The translations under genes and the position numbers were made by a program. The notes under the pieces are model-generated. The model was not told the origin of the DNA, did not search any database, and saw only the letters and a list, made by a program, of their open reading frames with translations. A stretch of DNA of 64,000 nt from positions 1,585-65,584 of the forward strand of contig CAUJJN010000203.1 of the NCBI GenBank assembly GCA_963204905.1. The letters are read 5' to 3'. Position 1 is the first letter of the stretch; each line of letters starts with the position of its first letter. Of this stretch, positions 16,451 through 26,125 are shown piece by piece. Origin of the DNA: Pseudomonadota bacterium. Lineage in GTDB: Bacteria > Pseudomonadota > Alphaproteobacteria > Rhizobiales > Xanthobacteraceae.

Positions 16451-17692
16451 CTACTTCTTGATCAGCGGGCATTCGCTTTCAGAAAGCGACCGGAACGCAT
16501 CCTCTGCGGGAATCGTCGCGACGACCTTCATCAGATCCCATTCGCCCTTCGACTCCGAAGGCTTCTTGGCCTGAAGCAGGTACATATCCCGCATCATTCG
16601 CCGGTCGTCGCGAATGCTGCCGTTCCTGGTCATGAAGTCATTGACGGGGATCTTCTTCATTTCCGCGATGACAGTCTTGGCTTCGTCGGAGCCCGCCATC
16701 TTGATGGCCTTCAAGTAGTGCGTGACAGCACTGTAGATGCCGGCCTGGAACATCGTCGGCGGTTTTCCACCATGGCGCTCGGCAAACCGCTTGGCAAATG
16801 CGCGAGTCTCGCCGTTCTGATCCCTAGTAATAGGCTTCGGTAAACATCAGTCCCTGAGCCGTCTTCAAGCCGAGGCATGAATATCGGTGATCAACACCAA
16901 GAGACCTGCAAGCTTCTGACCGCCGGCGACCAGGCCGAAATCCGACGCGGTCTTGCTCGAATTGATGGCATCGGCGCCCGCAACCGCAAGGCCGATGACC
17001 TGAGCCTTCGACGCCTGCGCCTATAGTATGAAGGACGAATAGTCGGGACTGTTGACCGGCGCTCGAACGTTTCCGACCACCTTGCCACCGCTTTTCTTGA
17101 CGATATCGGCTGTGTCTTGCTCCAAAGCATGGCCGAACGCATAGTCCGCGGTCAGAAAGAACCAGCTATCCGCACCGCCCTGCTTCATCATGGCATTCGC
17201 GGTCCCTTTGGCGAGTGCGTAAGTGTCGTAGACCCAATGAATTCCATTGGGAGAACAAGCCTTTCCCGTCAACGCCGTCGATCCGACCGATGTCGCGATG
17301 GAAACCTTGTTCTTCTCCTGAGCGATAGCCTGGACGGCGAGAGCGACGGCCGAGGTGCCAAGGCCGAAAACCGCATCTACTTTTTCGGTATCAAACCAGC
17401 GACGCGCGATCGCGCCGCCGACGTCGGCCTTCAACTGAACGTCGGCGGACACCACCTCGATCGGCTTGCCGTTGACCTTGCCGCCGAAATCCTCGACCGC
17501 CATTTTGGTCGCGACCACATCGCCTGGTCCCTGAATATCGGCATAGGGTCCGGACATGTCGTCAAGAACACCAATCTTCACAACATCATCGGACACCTGG
17601 GCGTGAGCGATCGCAGCCGACCCGAGCAACGTCGCCATGGCGAGCAGAGCGGTGAGATTTCTCGGCAGAGCCCTCAACAAGATTCCTGGCAT
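16451..17692 (-). pseudogene. Inactivated LIV/HAAT-family substrate-binding protein gene (paralogue of 3877..5085)
   Basis: ORFs 17021..17758 (N-terminal part with signal peptide) and 16451..16753 (C-terminal part ending ..ECPLIKK) align to the intact paralogue. There are three lesions. In-frame TAG at 17021-17023 (SSFIL*AQASKAQ vs SSFLLQAQASKAQ). A frameshift near 16885. A 1-nt insertion that creates TAG at ~16824-16826 where the paralogue has W. Confidence 0.8.
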
Positions 17693-18153
17693 TTGCGCCT
17701 CCCTCATTTGCACTGGAGACCGCATAGCAACTTGAATGCCAACGCCGTTTGCGACCATTTCACGGTTGAATCAGTCTTCCGTCGACACCTGATTGATCTT
17801 GCCGAGGACACATTGTCCTCGAAACCAACATGGACGCATCTGTCCTGCTTCCATAGCAGACGGAACCGGGGTTCTTGCCTCTCCCTCATCGCGGCACGGT
17901 GCTGATCTTAGGAAGGCAGGCCGCGGGAACCGTTCTTCGACTACGTGCATAGCATCACCACAGTCGTCCCCGACAAGACGCATCGGGACGCCGGTCGCGA
18001 CATGCAGCCCGAGGCCAAGAAGCTCATCTAGAGCCGCAAAGCTGGCGCGTAAGCGCTTTCGCTACGGGGCATCACGATCTGCGGAATGTTTCGAGTGACT
18101 GAGGTGCTTCGCGATATGGCAAGATCGATGGCGAGCGCATGACGATGCATATT

Positions 18154-18852
18154 CTAAAGATATGACGCCTTTACCACGGGTGAGTTTCGCAGCTCTTCGC
18201 TGGAACCACGCAGAGTGAACTGGCCCAGGTCGAGTACGCAGCCAGCCGATGCAACGTCGAGCGCCAGCGCAGCATTCTGTTCGACCAGCAGGACCGCTGT
18301 TCCCTCCGCGCTGATGCGGCGGACGATGCCGAAAATTTCTTCAACGATGCGAGGCGCAAGCCCGAGGGAGGGCTCATCGAGCAGCAAGAATTCAGGGCGC
18401 GCCATCAACGCTCGCGCAATCGCAAGCATCTGCTGCTCGCCGCCGGACAACGTGCGCGCCGGCTGCGCGAGCCGGGCCCGCAAACTCGGAAAGATATTGA
18501 GAAGCCGCTCGCTTTCGGCAAGGATATCGGCCGAGGCGCGCCGCAGATAGCCACCGAGGCGCAAATTGTCCGCAACGCTGAGACTCAAAAACAGCTCACG
18601 CTGTTCCGGCACCAGCGCGACGCCCGCCTTCAGCGCCTGATCTGGCGCGTTGTCGGACAGAGGCTTGTCATCAAGCGTTACTGTCCCGGCCGCGCGCGGC
18701 AACAATCCAACGATTGCTTTCAGAAGCGTCGATTTGCCAGCCCCATTCGCGCCGAGCACCGTGACGATCGCACCGCGAGGCACGTCGAGGCTGACGCCGT
18801 GCAACACCGACTTGTTGCCGTAACCGGCGTGAAGATCACGCACTGAAAGCAT
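18154..18852 (-). CDS. LIV/HAAT ABC transporter ATP-binding protein (LivF-type)
   Basis: GANGAGKST, LSGGEQQML, FLLLDEPSLGLAP. ATG 18852 (MLSVRDLHAGYG..) is preferred over the ORF-track TTG 18870. Confidence 0.9.
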   Translation of the reverse strand: MLSVRDLHAGYGNKSVLHGVSLDVPRGAIVTVLGANGAGKSTLLKAIVGLLPRAAGTVTLDDKPLSDNAPDQALKAGVALVPEQRELFLSLSVADNLRLGGYLRRASADILAESERLLNIFPSLRARLAQPARTLSGGEQQMLAIARALMARPEFLLLDEPSLGLAPRIVEEIFGIVRRISAEGTAVLLVEQNAALALDVASAGCVLDLGQFTLRGSSEELRNSPVVKASYL

Positions 18853-19624
18853 GAGCCGCTTTCTTTCCAAGATAGGCTTCGATCACTTCGGGCGATGCCC
18901 GGACCTCTTCCGGGATGCCTTCCGCGATCTTTCGCCCAAAGTTCAGCACGCTGATTCGGTCAGAGATCGCCATCACCAGCGCCATGACATGGTCGATGAC
19001 AAGAATGGTGAGACCACGGCTGGCGCGCAGATCGAGCAGGACGCGGTTGAGCGCCTCGATTTCGGCCGCGCGAAGGCCGGCTGCTGGCTCGTCGAGCAAC
19101 AGAAGCTTCGGTTGCGTCGCAAGCGCGCGAGCGATCTCCAGGCGGCGCTGCTTGCCGAACGGCAACGCTGCGGCGGCCTCGTCCTCGTCTTCCGACAGGC
19201 CGACCAGATCAAGCAATTCCCGCGCCTCGCGCCGCGCCGCCGTTTCGCTTGCACGCCATCGGCCATCGTGCAGCGCCGCGTTGATGCCACTGCAGGCATA
19301 TCGTCGATCCAGCGCCACCACGACATTGTCCAGCGCGGTCATTTCGCCGAACAGTTCGGTATTCTGGAAAGTGCGTGCGATACCTTCCCGCGTGATGAGA
19401 TGCGGCGCGCGACCGGAGAGAGTTTGGCCCTCGAAGGTCACATCGCCTTCGCTTGCACGATAAAGTCCCGTCACCACATTCAGCAAGGTGCTCTTGCCGG
19501 CGCCATTGGGTCCGATCACGGCGTGAATGCTCCCGCGAGCGATCTTCACGGAAACCTTGTCAAGCGCGACGAGGCCACCGAACCTGACACTGACACCGTC
19601 GACATGGAGCAGCCGTTCCATCAT
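18836..19624 (-). CDS. LIV/HAAT ABC transporter ATP-binding protein (LivG-type)
   Basis: GPNGAGKST, LPFGKQRRLEIA, LLLLDEPAAGL. Start MMERLLHVDGVSVRFG.. at ATG 19624 overlaps the permease stop (ATGA at 19621-19624). Confidence 0.9.
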   Translation of the reverse strand: MMERLLHVDGVSVRFGGLVALDKVSVKIARGSIHAVIGPNGAGKSTLLNVVTGLYRASEGDVTFEGQTLSGRAPHLITREGIARTFQNTELFGEMTALDNVVVALDRRYACSGINAALHDGRWRASETAARREARELLDLVGLSEDEDEAAAALPFGKQRRLEIARALATQPKLLLLDEPAAGLRAAEIEALNRVLLDLRASRGLTILVIDHVMALVMAISDRISVLNFGRKIAEGIPEEVRASPEVIEAYLGKKAAHAFSA

Positions 19625-20574
19625 CGCCGCGCTCCGCCTGACCATGGAAAAGCCGTGACGATCCTCCTTGGCAATCGCAAGCCTGCAAGACCTCCCGGCC
19701 ACAGCACGATGAAGCCAAGCAGAAGAAGCGCGAACACCAACCCAAGATAAGTCTGAAAAGCCTGCAGGAAATCAGGCAGCAGCACGAAGACGATGCTGCC
19801 GACCAACGCGCCGAGCGGCGACATCATCCCGCCAACCACGGCCACCGCCAAAAAATAGACGCTCTGTGTGATTCCGAACTGCGCCGGGTCGAGATAGGTC
19901 GAGAGCGGCGCCAGCAAGCCGCCACCGAAGGCACCGAGAAAACCACTCGCGCCGAAAGCCGCCGCCTTGTAGCGCAGCACGTTCAGTCCCATCAGTTCGG
20001 CAGCCGTCTCGCTCTGGCGGATCGCGGCCAGCGCACGCCCGTAATGCGAATGATTGAGATGATGAACTGCGAAGAACAACACCGCAGTCGTGGGAACAAT
20101 CACGTAATAGAGTTGGCCGCCGGTCGACAGGGTCGAGCCGAAAATCTCGACCGCGGGCACCGGCATCCCGGCCGCGCCGCCCGTGACACTGTCGGAATAG
20201 ATCAAGGCGATCTGCGCAATTGCCGTCACCGCCAGCGTCACCAGCGCCAGATAGTGGCCCGACACGCGCAATGTCATCTGACCGAGCAGAAAGCCGACGA
20301 TAAAGGCAGCGACGGAGACGATTGGAACGCCGGCCCATAGCGGAATCCCCCATCGCGCCGCCAGGATCGCAGAGCCATAGCCGCCAAGCGCGACGAAGGC
20401 GGCCTGTGCCAGCGAAATCTGCCCGGCAAAGCCAGTGACAACGACGAGACCGAGAACGACCAGCGCCGTGCCCGCCACCAGACAGATTTGAAACAGATGA
20501 AATTCCGCGAGCGCATATGGCACGGCGAAGAAAGCCGCCAGCGCAATCACAACAATGAGCGCGCGTCCTGCCAT
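19621..20574 (-). CDS. LIV/HAAT ABC transporter permease (LivM-type)
   Basis: 317-aa polytopic membrane protein. ATG at 20574, 5 nt after the upstream permease stop. Confidence 0.9.
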   Translation of the reverse strand: MAGRALIVVIALAAFFAVPYALAEFHLFQICLVAGTALVVLGLVVVTGFAGQISLAQAAFVALGGYGSAILAARWGIPLWAGVPIVSVAAFIVGFLLGQMTLRVSGHYLALVTLAVTAIAQIALIYSDSVTGGAAGMPVPAVEIFGSTLSTGGQLYYVIVPTTAVLFFAVHHLNHSHYGRALAAIRQSETAAELMGLNVLRYKAAAFGASGFLGAFGGGLLAPLSTYLDPAQFGITQSVYFLAVAVVGGMMSPLGALVGSIVFVLLPDFLQAFQTYLGLVFALLLLGFIVLWPGGLAGLRLPRRIVTAFPWSGGARR

Positions 20575-20579
20575 GCCCG

Positions 20580-21446
20580 CTACACCTTCTTCATTGCAAG
20601 AACGCCGAGCAGCCCCTGCGGACGCACCAGCACGACGGCAATCAGGATACCGTAGCTGATCATGTCTTTGAGCGCGCTTGAGACATAGGTGCCGGCAAGT
20701 GCTTCCAGCACGCCGAGAACGATGCCGCCGATCACCGCACCGGGCAGGCTGTTGAACCCGCCGAGCACCGCGGCGGTGAAACCCTTGATTCCGATCAACC
20801 CCATATCGGGCGACAGCGTCAGCAAAGGCGCAACCAGAACACCGGCAACGGTTGCAAGCACTGACGACAGGATCCAGATTGCCAGAAAGACCATGGCAAC
20901 CCGTACGCCGATCAGGCTTGCTCCGGTCCGGTTATCGCAGGCGGCCATGATGGCCTTGCCGTGGTACGTCCGCTCGAACAGCAGGAACAGCAGCGCCAAA
21001 ACGCCCAAGGATACGCCGACGATTGCCAGATTGGCTGGCACGACAAGGATGCCGAACACCGATATCGGCGCCGGAGACAACAGAAACGGAAACGGCCAGG
21101 CGCTGGGCCCCATATAGGCCCGAACGAATTCGCGCAGCACCGTGCCCATGGCAAGGCTGGCGATGATCTGCGCCAGCAACGAGGCATTGCGCAGCGGCCA
21201 CATCAGGGCGCCATAAATCAGCGCGCCCAGCAGTACGGATGCGCCCAGCGCGACGACGACGGCGGGCCAGAACGGCAATCCGATCAGCATCTGCGCGATC
21301 AACACGAGATAGGCGCCGAACGTGACTTGATCGCCATAGCCGAAATGGACAACGCCGGTTCCTTTGTAGATCAAGACAAAGCCGAGCGCGATTAATGCGT
21401 AGACCGCGCCGGCCGTGATCGAACTGACAAGAACCTGAGCGAGCAT
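20580..21446 (-). CDS. LIV/HAAT ABC transporter permease (LivH-type)
   Basis: Polytopic, ..VVHFGYGDQVTFGAY... ATG 21446 (MLAQVLVSS..) has GAGG 6 nt upstream and lies 7 nt after the RidA stop. The ORF track uses TTG 21467. Confidence 0.9.
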   Translation of the reverse strand: MLAQVLVSSITAGAVYALIALGFVLIYKGTGVVHFGYGDQVTFGAYLVLIAQMLIGLPFWPAVVVALGASVLLGALIYGALMWPLRNASLLAQIIASLAMGTVLREFVRAYMGPSAWPFPFLLSPAPISVFGILVVPANLAIVGVSLGVLALLFLLFERTYHGKAIMAACDNRTGASLIGVRVAMVFLAIWILSSVLATVAGVLVAPLLTLSPDMGLIGIKGFTAAVLGGFNSLPGAVIGGIVLGVLEALAGTYVSSALKDMISYGILIAVVLVRPQGLLGVLAMKKV

Positions 21447-21453
21447 GGCGACC

Positions 21454-21846
21454 TCAGAGCGAGGCAATCCCCTTGATTTCGATCAATGCATCGGGCCGCA
21501 CCAGGCCTTTGACGACAACCCCGGTCGCCGCCGGCCATGGCGGGCCCTTGAACAATTCACGCCGCAACTGCGACGTCTTCTTGTATTCGTCGAGCGACAG
21601 CACGTAGTCGGTCGTCTCCACGATATTTTCGAGGCCGACGCCGACATGCGCCAGCACCCGAGCGAATTTCTCGAAGATGCGACGCGTCTGCGCGACGATA
21701 TCACCGGGGCCGACAATATTGCCTGCATCATCAGTGGCGGTGGTGCCTGACAGGAAAATCAGGTTACCCACCCGCACCGCCGGCGAGAAAGTGAATTTGT
21801 CGGGCCATTTGTCGCCCGGAAGGATCGGTTGATAGATCGGCATCAC
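21454..21846 (-). CDS. RidA/YjgF/UK114-family (reactive enamine/imine deaminase) protein
   Basis: 130 aa. ..FSPAVRVGNLIFLSGTTATDDAGNIVGPGDIVAQTRRIFEK.. and C-terminal ..PAATGVVVKGLVRPDALIEIKGIA are typical of the family. Confidence 0.85.
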   Translation of the reverse strand: MMPIYQPILPGDKWPDKFTFSPAVRVGNLIFLSGTTATDDAGNIVGPGDIVAQTRRIFEKFARVLAHVGVGLENIVETTDYVLSLDEYKKTSQLRRELFKGPPWPAATGVVVKGLVRPDALIEIKGIASL

Positions 21847-21855
21847 GAACTCCTT

Positions 21856-23487
21856 TCAGCTGCGCTGACGCAAGGCGAAACGCTGGATTTTTCCGGTTTC
21901 GGTTTTTGGCAATGCGTCGAGATATTCGATCTCGCGCGGATACTGGTGCCGGCCCACGCTGCTTTTCACCATACTGACCAGCTCGTCGCTCAGTGCGTCG
22001 CTTCCGGCATATCCCGGACGCAGCACCACAAAGCTCTTGACGATCTGGCCGCGCAGCGCGTCGGCTTTGCCGATCACCGCCGCTTCGGCCACGGCTGGGT
22101 GTTTCAGCAGCGCGCTTTCAACCTCGAACGGCCCGATGCGATATCCGGCACTTTTGATCATGTCGTCGGCGCGGCCTTCGAACCAGAAGTAACCGTCGCC
22201 GTCCTTGCGGCCGAGATCGCCGGTCACGATCCATCCATGTCTGACCAGTGCGCTGGTCGCTTCAGGGTCGTTCCAGTAACAGAGCCAGTAACGGCAATCC
22301 GGATCGGCTTTCTTACCGATGAAGCCGGTTTCGCCGGGGGCGAGTTCGCGTCCTTTCTCATCGACGACGGCCATGGTGTAGCCCGGCGACGGCAATCCCA
22401 TCGATCCGGCCTTCACGTCCATGTCGAGCGCATTGTAGTTGCCGATCGGCAGCGCGTACTCGGTCGCACCGAAATGATCCATCGGCGTGAGATTCCATAC
22501 CCGGCGGAACGACTCGACGACCTTGGCATTCAGCGGCTCGCCGCAACTCGATATCCCATGGAGATGAAGCGCCGGTGCCCGCAAGGCAGCATCGTCCAGC
22601 GTCATCAGGCTGCGCAACAAGGTCGGTGTTGTCGCAAGATTGGTGACGCCATGGCGCTCAAGAACCGAAAGACAAATTTCGGCGGTCGGGTTCTGTTCAA
22701 CCGAGATCACCGTTGCACCGGCCGCGAGTGCGCCGAGATAGCAAATGAACCCGTACCCCCAACCGGGATCGCCGGTTGGCCAAAGCACATCGTCTTGCCT
22801 GAGATCGAGACCGTAGATGATATAAGGCCAGATCGCGGCGAGAAAATTGACAGCGATGGCACCACCTTTGGGCTGTCCCGTCGATCCAGACGTATAGATC
22901 AGCGCGGCTGGCTCCTCACGGTTTCGGCGAACCGCAGCGAAGTCATGGCTTTCATTTGCCATTGCGGCGTCGAAGCTGATGGCGTCATCGGGCAATGCCG
23001 CATCGGAGCGACCCGCGACAATCATCCGGGCCGCCGTTCCCGGCGGCACTTGCCGAAGCACGTCGTGATGCGTCACCAACACGCGCGCCCCGCAATGCTT
23101 CAGACGAAAATCGACGGCGTCCGGGCCAAACCCGGTGAACACCGGAACATAAATCGCGCCGACCTTGAGCGCCGCGATGATCGCGATCATCACTTCGGCA
23201 CCGCGCGGCATCAATCCTGCAACGCGGTCGCCCGGACCGATACCAAGCCGACGCAAGGCGTTGGCGAAGCGATTGCTCGCTTCTGACAACTCCCGATAAG
23301 ATAGTTTCCGGTCGGTGCCGTCGCGGCTCACGACGATTAATGCCGTTCGATCGCTGTCGACGTGACGATCGACGATCGAATGCCCCAGCGACACAGCGTC
23401 GCTCTCGCCCCACTCCAGTGACTCTCGGACCTGCTTCCAGTCGAACGCCCAAACGGCATTCAGATAGCTTTGACGTTCAGACGGCAT
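21856..23487 (-). CDS. AMP-forming acyl-CoA synthetase/ligase
   Basis: 543 aa. YTSGSTGQPKGG; ..GWIVTGDLGRKDGDGYFWFEGRADDMIKSAGYRIGP..; ..LPKTETGKIQR. Overlaps the MaoC gene stop by 11 nt. Confidence 0.9.
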   Translation of the reverse strand: MPSERQSYLNAVWAFDWKQVRESLEWGESDAVSLGHSIVDRHVDSDRTALIVVSRDGTDRKLSYRELSEASNRFANALRRLGIGPGDRVAGLMPRGAEVMIAIIAALKVGAIYVPVFTGFGPDAVDFRLKHCGARVLVTHHDVLRQVPPGTAARMIVAGRSDAALPDDAISFDAAMANESHDFAAVRRNREEPAALIYTSGSTGQPKGGAIAVNFLAAIWPYIIYGLDLRQDDVLWPTGDPGWGYGFICYLGALAAGATVISVEQNPTAEICLSVLERHGVTNLATTPTLLRSLMTLDDAALRAPALHLHGISSCGEPLNAKVVESFRRVWNLTPMDHFGATEYALPIGNYNALDMDVKAGSMGLPSPGYTMAVVDEKGRELAPGETGFIGKKADPDCRYWLCYWNDPEATSALVRHGWIVTGDLGRKDGDGYFWFEGRADDMIKSAGYRIGPFEVESALLKHPAVAEAAVIGKADALRGQIVKSFVVLRPGYAGSDALSDELVSMVKSSVGRHQYPREIEYLDALPKTETGKIQRFALRQRS

Positions 23488-23971
23488 TTGGGCGTTCCGA
23501 AGTCCGCCCGTTCGCGGGTCGGCACAACAGCAGATAGGTATGGTGGCCTTCCAGCACGGTTTCGTCCCGACCGTTGATCAGCCGGATGTTGAAACGCACC
23601 GACGCCGTATCGCGTCCTTCCAGACGCTTTACCGACGCAACTTCGAAGCGGCTGATCAAAGTGTCGCCAACGAACACCGGCTTCAGAAACCGCGCGCCCT
23701 GCTCCATGAAAGCAACCATCGCATCATCGAGTTGGCGCGACATTGGCGTCGCGCCAAGCGCCGTCATCGACATCACCAGAAGACCGTGCGCCAGCCGTTT
23801 GCCAAAACGGGTCTTCGCGGCATAGGCATCGTCGTAGTGAATCGGATGATCGTCCCCGGTCATTTGCGCAAAGGCGGCGAACTCAGGGTCGGCAACTTCA
23901 CGGGGGGGGCCGGAGAAGGTTTGCCCCACCGTGAAATCGTCGGCGAACAATTGTGGTTCGCCGCGCGTCAC
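23477..23971 (-). CDS. MaoC-like (R)-specific enoyl-CoA hydratase/dehydratase (hotdog fold)
   Basis: 164 aa. ..FAQMTGDDHPIHYDDAYAAKTRFGKRLAHGLLVMS.. is the MaoC dehydratase signature region. The GTG start overlaps the binding-protein stop (GTGA at 23968-23971). Confidence 0.85.
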   Translation of the reverse strand: MTRGEPQLFADDFTVGQTFSGPPREVADPEFAAFAQMTGDDHPIHYDDAYAAKTRFGKRLAHGLLVMSMTALGATPMSRQLDDAMVAFMEQGARFLKPVFVGDTLISRFEVASVKRLEGRDTASVRFNIRLINGRDETVLEGHHTYLLLCRPANGRTSERPNAV

Positions 23972-25194
23972 TTTGCACCGCTTTCCGTCGCGCGCACCAC
24001 CTCCGGCAACATCTTCCGGCTCAGGTCGCCCTCGATTTCAACGACCTTGGCCGCCTGATTGCCTTCGCGGATGTCGGGGGCGAACGTGGTCGGCAACGTC
24101 AGGGCGGTCTCGTAGTTCTTCAGCGACTCAAGCGCCTTGATAAAGCCGGCCTGGGTCAGTTGCGGCCCGGCCCGCTTCAAGGCCTCGACGAAGACTTGGG
24201 CGCCACCGTAACCAAGCACGTCGCCCAGGTCCGGGCGGCCCTGCCGCGCGAGATCGGGGAAATGCTTCTCGAAGGTCTGGCGAAACTGCAATGCGGCGGG
24301 ATCATTGCTTTCCGGCAGCACCTTCAACGTCACGATATTCCGCGTGCCGGCCGCTGCGGCACCGACGATCTCCGGATACTTGCGGCTACCGGCCGAATTC
24401 GCCCCCATAATCGTCGCCTTCAAACCAAGCTGCTTGGCCTGGCGCGTAATGATGGCGGAGGGATTGGGATAGCCATAGACGATCAACACGTCGGGCGACG
24501 TCTGGATGACGCGCGTCAATTGCGCCGTAAAGTCAGTATCCGAGATATTGAAAGTCTCGTCGCTGACCAACGAGACCTTGCGCTCCGTGAGCCGCTTGAT
24601 CACACTCTCGCCGCCGCGCTTGCCGTATTCATCGGACTGCTTCACCAGCGCGATCTTCTTGGCCTTGAGATGATCGAGAACGTAGTCGGCGATCGCAATG
24701 CCCTGCTGGCGGTCATTCATCGGGCCGGTGCGGAATACATTCGGAATGATGGGCTCGGTCACCGCCGGCGTTGAGAACACCGAGATGAATGTCGGAGTCT
24801 TGCCGGCCTTGAAGGTCGGCACCAGAGCTTGACCGACAGCGCTTGCCGCAGGACCGAACACCGCAAACACCTGGTCCTGATCGACCAGCCGTTTGTAGGC
24901 CGCGATGCCCTTCGGCGGCGAGGACTCGTCGTCCAGCGACACCCACTCCAGCTTGCGGCCGTTGATGCCGCCAGCCGCGTTCGCCTCCTCGAAAGCAATC
25001 GTCGCACCGGCGAGATTTCCTGTTCCGAACACCGCCAGTGGACCGGTGAGACTCCCGAGAATGCCGATCTTGATCGTCTTGTCGGTGACACCGGGTTCGG
25101 CCGCACGGCTTGCAGCCGACGACCACAGCGGCATCGCCGCCATCAACCCGACAATAGCGGCGCGCGTCGCCCAGCGAGTTTGTCTCTCGAACAT
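23968..25194 (-). CDS. LIV/HAAT-family ABC transporter substrate-binding protein
   Basis: 408 aa. Signal peptide ..AAIVGLMAAMPLWSSAASRAAE. ..IKIGILGSLTGPLAVFG.. First gene of the 25194->18154 operon. Confidence 0.9.
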   Translation of the reverse strand: MFERQTRWATRAAIVGLMAAMPLWSSAASRAAEPGVTDKTIKIGILGSLTGPLAVFGTGNLAGATIAFEEANAAGGINGRKLEWVSLDDESSPPKGIAAYKRLVDQDQVFAVFGPAASAVGQALVPTFKAGKTPTFISVFSTPAVTEPIIPNVFRTGPMNDRQQGIAIADYVLDHLKAKKIALVKQSDEYGKRGGESVIKRLTERKVSLVSDETFNISDTDFTAQLTRVIQTSPDVLIVYGYPNPSAIITRQAKQLGLKATIMGANSAGSRKYPEIVGAAAAGTRNIVTLKVLPESNDPAALQFRQTFEKHFPDLARQGRPDLGDVLGYGGAQVFVEALKRAGPQLTQAGFIKALESLKNYETALTLPTTFAPDIREGNQAAKVVEIEGDLSRKMLPEVVRATESGAK

Positions 25195-25215
25195 TATACC
25201 GCCTCCATTTTTCTC

Positions 25216-25247
25216 GATTATCGGAAATTATTATTGATTATCGAAAA
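25216..25247. promoter_or_regulatory. Direct repeats GATTATCG[G/A]AAA spaced 20 bp apart in a divergent promoter region
   Basis: GATTATCGGAAA (25216-25227) and GATTATCGAAAA (25236-25247) lie in the AT-rich 130-bp gap between the binding-protein start (25194, minus strand) and the IclR gene (25325, plus strand). The core CGATTATCG is itself a 9-bp palindrome. Confidence 0.3.
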
Positions 25248-25324
25248 CATTAGAGTAGACAGGTCGATTGTCAAGCGCGTTCGACCGCAGCTAGATTTCC
25301 GCCCTGCATCAGGAAAGCCCGGCT

Positions 25325-26125
25325 TTGAAAAGTGAGATTGAATCCCCGCTCGAGCGCTACTTCAGAGCACTCGAAAGCATTGCTATTTCACCACATGGTC
25401 TCAGCGTTTCGGAGATTGCCCAGACTTGCGATCTGCCGGTCGGGACTGCGCATCGCCTGCTGCAAAATTTGCAACGCACCGGCCTGATCACCACCAACGG
25501 TGAGAAGCGAAAAGATTATCGGCTGGGCGAGCGGCTGTTGCGGCTGCTTCACGCCGGTTCGGATGGCGCATGGTTGTCCATCGCGGTGCAGCCCATATTG
25601 AACGATCTCGCAAATCGGCTCGAAGAAACCTGCTATCTCGCACGCCTCGCCGGGCACGAGATTGTTTCAACTGCATGGGCGACGCCGAACAGCGGCCTGC
25701 GCGGGTACGTCGTCCCCGGCTACAAGATGTCACCACATGTAGCCGCATCCGCCAAGGCGATCCTCGCGTTTCAATCGCCTGAACTCATCGATAAAGCGCT
25801 TGTCGAGCCGCTACCGAAGCTGACAAAGAACACCAAAAGCGACCGCGCCAGCATCGATCGGGAATATGCGCAGGTGAGAAAGCAAGGTTACGCGACCTGC
25901 TGGGACGAAATGGAAATCGGGCTTGGTGCGATTGCGGTGCCGATCTCGTTACCCGACGCCGGCGTCATTTATAGCGTCGGCATCGCAGGATTGATCGATC
26001 GGTTAACGCGACGGTCGGAGCAGGAAACGGTGACACTTCTCCAATCATCCGTTGAAATGCTCTCGCGAACGCTGCGCGATTTGAGACCGTCAGATCGTGT
26101 CGTGTCACAAAACAGCACTCGATAG
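25325..26125 (+). CDS. IclR-family transcriptional regulator
   Basis: 266 aa. HTH ..LSVSEIAQTCDLPVGTAHRLLQNL... TTG start with AGGAAAG 7-8 nt upstream; there is no in-frame ATG before the HTH. Confidence 0.85.
   Translation: MKSEIESPLERYFRALESIAISPHGLSVSEIAQTCDLPVGTAHRLLQNLQRTGLITTNGEKRKDYRLGERLLRLLHAGSDGAWLSIAVQPILNDLANRLEETCYLARLAGHEIVSTAWATPNSGLRGYVVPGYKMSPHVAASAKAILAFQSPELIDKALVEPLPKLTKNTKSDRASIDREYAQVRKQGYATCWDEMEIGLGAIAVPISLPDAGVIYSVGIAGLIDRLTRRSEQETVTLLQSSVEMLSRTLRDLRPSDRVVSQNSTR

Noticed and set aside
17693-18153. A ~460-bp gap between the binding-protein pseudogene and the end of the next operon. It contains only short ORFs (17793..18098 +, 17771..17983 -).
   Set aside because: There are no recognisable motifs, repeats, RNA-like structure or promoter/terminator features that I can support. 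It is possibly further decayed sequence.
21829-23286. Long antisense or alternative-frame ORFs opposite real genes. Examples: 21829..23286 +, 61167..62681 +, 46402..47685 +, 30745..31941 +, 13280..14383 +, 53132..54277 +, 37317..38417 +, 49289..50518 +, and 2142..3428 - in another frame.
   Set aside because: All have low-complexity, Arg/His/Asp-rich composition with no family motifs. Each is fully overlapped by a gene with strong family signatures on the other strand or in another frame.
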